Shown here: piece after piece, positions 60,333 to 64,000 of the stretch | Layout of the letters: each line of letters opens with the position of its first letter | How positions within the stretch are numbered: the first letter of the stretch is position 1 | Assembly (NCBI GenBank): GCA_963665115.1 | Contig: OY762007.1 | Coordinates: 4,288,001 to 4,352,000 of the forward strand | Direction: 5' to 3' | From: an uncultured Rivularia sp. | GTDB taxonomy: Bacteria; Cyanobacteriota; Cyanobacteriia; Cyanobacteriales; Nostocaceae | Length of the DNA stretch: 64,000 nt | Translations under genes and position numbers: made by a program | Notes under the pieces: generated by a model | Database searches by the model: none | The model's input: the letters and a program-made list of their open reading frames with translations, nothing else | What the model was told of the DNA's origin: nothing

Positions 60333-63300
60333 TTAAGCCGCTTGAAGATTGCCGACAGTAGACTGTTTACTAATAAAAGTCCGAACCGTATTTTCTGCAT
60401 CCCAAGGGTCGGTAATTTCAATAAAATTCCACCGACCAAAACCACCGTGCTGATTAATTGCAGGTATCCAAAGATTACGAGTAGTTGCAACCTTAATTGC
60501 TTTGTCTGTTCTTGCTTCTCCAGATACTTCTACAATTAAATTCAACAAGTCACCTTGATCGTCATCAACTTTCACAATGAAATCAGGCATATAGTTCTTT
60601 TGTTGACCTTTCAAGGTATAGGGAATTAAGAAACCAACTCCTTGATTCTTGACATAACAAACTACTTCTTCCATGTCTTCTAATACCTGTGCCATCTTCT
60701 GTTCCCAACTATTAGTATCAGCAACAACATGAGAAATATGGCATTTATGAAGGTCGGTAATATAAGTTGGACGAGCGGTACTAAAGTCTACGTAACGAGT
60801 AGACCCCATCGGGTCATAAGGACGTAAAATCGGTTTTAAAGATTTTTCTTTTTCACCAGCAACTATAGCTTGATAAATACAATCTGAAGCATCATGGGCA
60901 AATTCATTTAACAGTAATAATTGGGAATATGTTCCAGATTTATAGGTAACGCATTCTTTTATCCATTGCTTAGCTATCTGTAATACTTGAGGGAATAACC
61001 AAACTTGTACCTCAGAATCATCAAGAGAATAATTTTCTAGCTTTTCCTGCTTTTGAGTACCGTCTTGACGAAAATATTTCTCTAAAGTTAATTTCGCTAA
61101 TAAAAAAGCGACTTCTTGTTCTCTGCGTGTTTTCAAGTCATCCAGAGTATGAATACTTGATTTACCAATAATTGGAGCATTTTCGGTTTTGGTAGGTAAA
61201 TTGTCTGTAGACAAAGAATATTTACAACCAGGTTTATTAAAATCTGGTGTCAGTTTTTGGCTCTTTATTTCGTAACGGTAGCCCAACAACCGAGGGAAAG
61301 TTATCTCATAATCAATTCGTTCTGGAAGTGCGCGGACGCGGGTAGGTAATGCTCCTCGTTTTGGTTGTTTATTAGAACCTGCACAAGGAATAAAGGCAAA
61401 GGGAACACCGTAGACTTCCGCATACTCTGGGGTAAAAGACTCAATTTCAATACTCTTACCATTGACGTTAATTTGATTAACGGTAGGAGTATAACTAATG
61501 CGTCTTAAACCTCTTCCTACAACTTGTTCGCATAAAAGCTGAGTACCAAATGCTCTCACCCCTAAAATGTGGGTAACTGTATTAGCATCCCAACCTTCGG
61601 TCAGCATCGAAACTGAAACAACACAACGAATATGTTCGCCTAATTTACCGGATTTACCAACAGTGTTTAACACCTCACGTAACAAGTCTTCATTGGTAAT
61701 TTTATCCGGGTCTTGACCTGGGTATCTTACCCGATAATCAGCTTTAAACTCTTCTATCTCCCGCGCAGCTAATTTCTTAAACTCATCACTCATAGCTTCC
61801 CCAGACTCTAACTGCTTGCTATCTACCAAAATCGTGTTAGGTTTAGCCGTCCAATTGCCATCTTTGACATTGTTAAATAAAGTTAATTGTCCAGGAGCTA
61901 AAACAGGTCTTTTATCTGGGTAAACTTTACCAGTATCCCAACCAGAGATATAGTCATAAACCATCTTGGAAACACTGGTATTGTTGCAAACTAAGATAAA
62001 CACCGGGGGTGTTAATCCCTTACTCTGTGCATCAGTATTTTCCAACCACTGATGATATTCCTTTTCGTAGTTACCATATAACGTCCTCAATGCTCCTTCT
62101 AATTCTTTAGGTAACTTAGGCTCTGGTGTAGATGGCTCGCTTTCTTTCTTACTTCTCCCCTTTTTGGGTAAATGGTCGCGAATCAAATTCCAAATATTGC
62201 GATAAGTAGGCAATTCACCCTTCATACTATCGTCGGAAACTGGTACGCGGGGAATTTTAACAATACCTGATTCAATAGCATCAATTAAAGAAAAATCAGA
62301 TACTACCCAAGGAAATAACGTTCCTTCCTTGTAACCAGAACCCTTCAAGAAAAATGGAGTCGCAGAAAGGTCATAAACTACCTTTACCCCCAACTTCTGT
62401 TGTATTGCTTCTAACCCAGAAATCCAGATTCTAGCTTCCTCTTCATTCTTCTTAGCTTCTTTTAAATCATCACCTTTATATTTTTCTTCATCACCACCAA
62501 CACGACGACGGTAACAGTGGTGTGCTTCATCATTAATGACAATAATATTTTTCTTTTTCCCCAGTCCCCGACATACCCTATTAACCATTTGGGATGGGGT
62601 TTCTGTAAATGGACTTTCCTTATCTTTAATTAAAATACTTTTAGTTAATTTACCAACATTAGTATGTTCTCTTAATTGAAAAGCATGATAGTTAGTGATA
62701 ATAATCTTGGCTTTCTCTAAATCTGGCAATAAATCAGCAGGAACTAAATCTAACTTCTTATAATAATTTTCTGGGTCATTAGGCTGAATTACACGCAGGC
62801 GATCGCGAATTGTAATCCCTGGTGCTACGACTAAAAAAGTATCGCTAAACTCTCGACGTTGCGGGTTAGCAATTTTATTCAGCGAATGCCAAGCAATCAG
62901 CATCGACATCAAAACTGTTTTACCAGTACCAGTTGCCATCTTCAACGCTTGACGAAATAGCAACGGGTTAGCATCATCTTTAAATTTGTTCAGATTATTT
63001 TCAATCCAGGTATCCCCAGACTTTCTTGCCACTTCAGCTATGTAAATAGCTGTTTCTAAAGCCTCAATCTGACAAAAGAATAACCGTCTTTCTCGCTCTG
63101 GATTTGTCCAATGCTCTAATAATCGCCGCGTTATTGGTGTGATATTTACTTCACTCCGATAACCACCACGTCGCCACAATGAAACGCGATCGCGAATGTC
63201 GTTAATAAATTTATTTTCCTCTATTTGGTCTTGCGTCCATGAACCAAAGTCAAGCTCTAGCTGCTTATCTTTTTTCTTAGGCTGGGCAATAGGAATAAAA

Positions 63301-63425
63301 TATTGGCTTTTACGCCTTTGTTCAATAATATCATTAGTAATACCATCATCACCAAAGCGAAAATGCCGTTGAGGTTCAGTAAATGGCGAATTAATAATTG
63401 GGTTTTCAATAATGACCTGTTCCAC
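60333..63425 (-). CDS. res: Type III restriction endonuclease/helicase (Res)
   Basis: MATGTGKT, DEAHH, SATP, LTEGWD, QVVGRGLR, YMPDF...EVSG; likely GTG start. Confidence 0.88.
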   Translation of the reverse strand: MEQVIIENPIINSPFTEPQRHFRFGDDGITNDIIEQRRKSQYFIPIAQPKKKDKQLELDFGSWTQDQIEENKFINDIRDRVSLWRRGGYRSEVNITPITRRLLEHWTNPERERRLFFCQIEALETAIYIAEVARKSGDTWIENNLNKFKDDANPLLFRQALKMATGTGKTVLMSMLIAWHSLNKIANPQRREFSDTFLVVAPGITIRDRLRVIQPNDPENYYKKLDLVPADLLPDLEKAKIIITNYHAFQLREHTNVGKLTKSILIKDKESPFTETPSQMVNRVCRGLGKKKNIIVINDEAHHCYRRRVGGDEEKYKGDDLKEAKKNEEEARIWISGLEAIQQKLGVKVVYDLSATPFFLKGSGYKEGTLFPWVVSDFSLIDAIESGIVKIPRVPVSDDSMKGELPTYRNIWNLIRDHLPKKGRSKKESEPSTPEPKLPKELEGALRTLYGNYEKEYHQWLENTDAQSKGLTPPVFILVCNNTSVSKMVYDYISGWDTGKVYPDKRPVLAPGQLTLFNNVKDGNWTAKPNTILVDSKQLESGEAMSDEFKKLAAREIEEFKADYRVRYPGQDPDKITNEDLLREVLNTVGKSGKLGEHIRCVVSVSMLTEGWDANTVTHILGVRAFGTQLLCEQVVGRGLRRISYTPTVNQINVNGKSIEIESFTPEYAEVYGVPFAFIPCAGSNKQPKRGALPTRVRALPERIDYEITFPRLLGYRYEIKSQKLTPDFNKPGCKYSLSTDNLPTKTENAPIIGKSSIHTLDDLKTRREQEVAFLLAKLTLEKYFRQDGTQKQEKLENYSLDDSEVQVWLFPQVLQIAKQWIKECVTYKSGTYSQLLLLNEFAHDASDCIYQAIVAGEKEKSLKPILRPYDPMGSTRYVDFSTARPTYITDLHKCHISHVVADTNSWEQKMAQVLEDMEEVVCYVKNQGVGFLIPYTLKGQQKNYMPDFIVKVDDDQGDLLNLIVEVSGEARTDKAIKVATTRNLWIPAINQHGGFGRWNFIEITDPWDAENTVRTFISKQSTVGNLQAA

Positions 63426-64000
63426 CGACCTATACCTTAAAAACAGCACATCAAAGCTGCGACTAATAGGTAAAATAAGGCGCAAAAATACGGCTAAATT
63501 TTATCAGTAATCGCAATATTATATCTGCGTAAGAAAAACTTACTTAGAGCTATATCTATCCAGTAACTTTTAAATATCCTTACCCAATTCGCAAATTTTT
63601 TTTTAAAATGAGCTTGATGGGTTTGGCTAGTCACATGGTATCAACTATAGTATCCGGAATTTTTTATACTGTCATGCTGTTGATTATACAGATAGAGGCT
63701 AAATTTATGAAATTATAGGTATTGCAGAAGATATTTTTGTAAAAAATTTATAAAGCAGTCTTATGTCAAGAATAATTTGCCAAAAAAGGCATTGCAAAAA
63801 ATCAGTATTTCTAAAGTTGTTCTTAAAAATTAAATCTAATAATAAATATATTAAATATACAGCTTTTGCACTCCGTAAGTTCCTCAGTATTCTTAAGTGC
63901 TATCCCCTAAAATTTAAAACAGTTTTAGTTTTAATTAAATTTAATCGTCGAAATCAAGATTTTGGAGTTGTGTAAATAATTTGTATTAGTACAGTTACAC

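Noticed and set aside
1..64000. CRISPR array, tRNA/rRNA, intact IS or integrase
   Set aside because: No regularly spaced repeat-spacer units, recognisable structural RNA genes or transposase/integrase motifs were seen

Overview
AT-rich cyanobacterial DNA (frequent HIP1 GCGATCGC octamers, Nostocales-type REP hairpins). About 1-54.1 kb is a dense multi-metal resistance island. It encodes Cu systems (two multicopper oxidases, CopAB, CopBAC-like RND, P1B-1 and P1B-3 ATPases, CopZ, Csp-like, DUF305, DUF411), a Co ATPase (CoaT-like), MntP, a Zn/Cd SmtB-CadA pair, arsR-pstS-acr3-arsH-arsC and a CysK/persulfide dioxygenase/SQR sulfur module. About 54.2-64 kb holds plasmid/phage-like hypothetical genes and a type III restriction-modification pair. 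The most striking unannotated structure is regulatory. Ten copies of a TTTCAT-N5-TTTCAT (CopR-like) box occur, nine with a -10 hexamer exactly 10 nt downstream. Two of these promoters drive short Yfr1-like RNAs (one carries the exact ACUCCUCACAC motif) directly upstream of two paralogous group-2-like sigma factors. Four intact 20-bp-spacer MerR-type promoters occur without a MerR gene. The island contains many collapsed gene relics (coaR, CYP152, APC permease, beta-carbonic anhydrase, a second copRS, and helix G of a Na+/Cl- pumping rhodopsin) and three +1 frameshifts that all fall in GACCC(C) runs. Product calls come from motif recognition only; no database searches were run.
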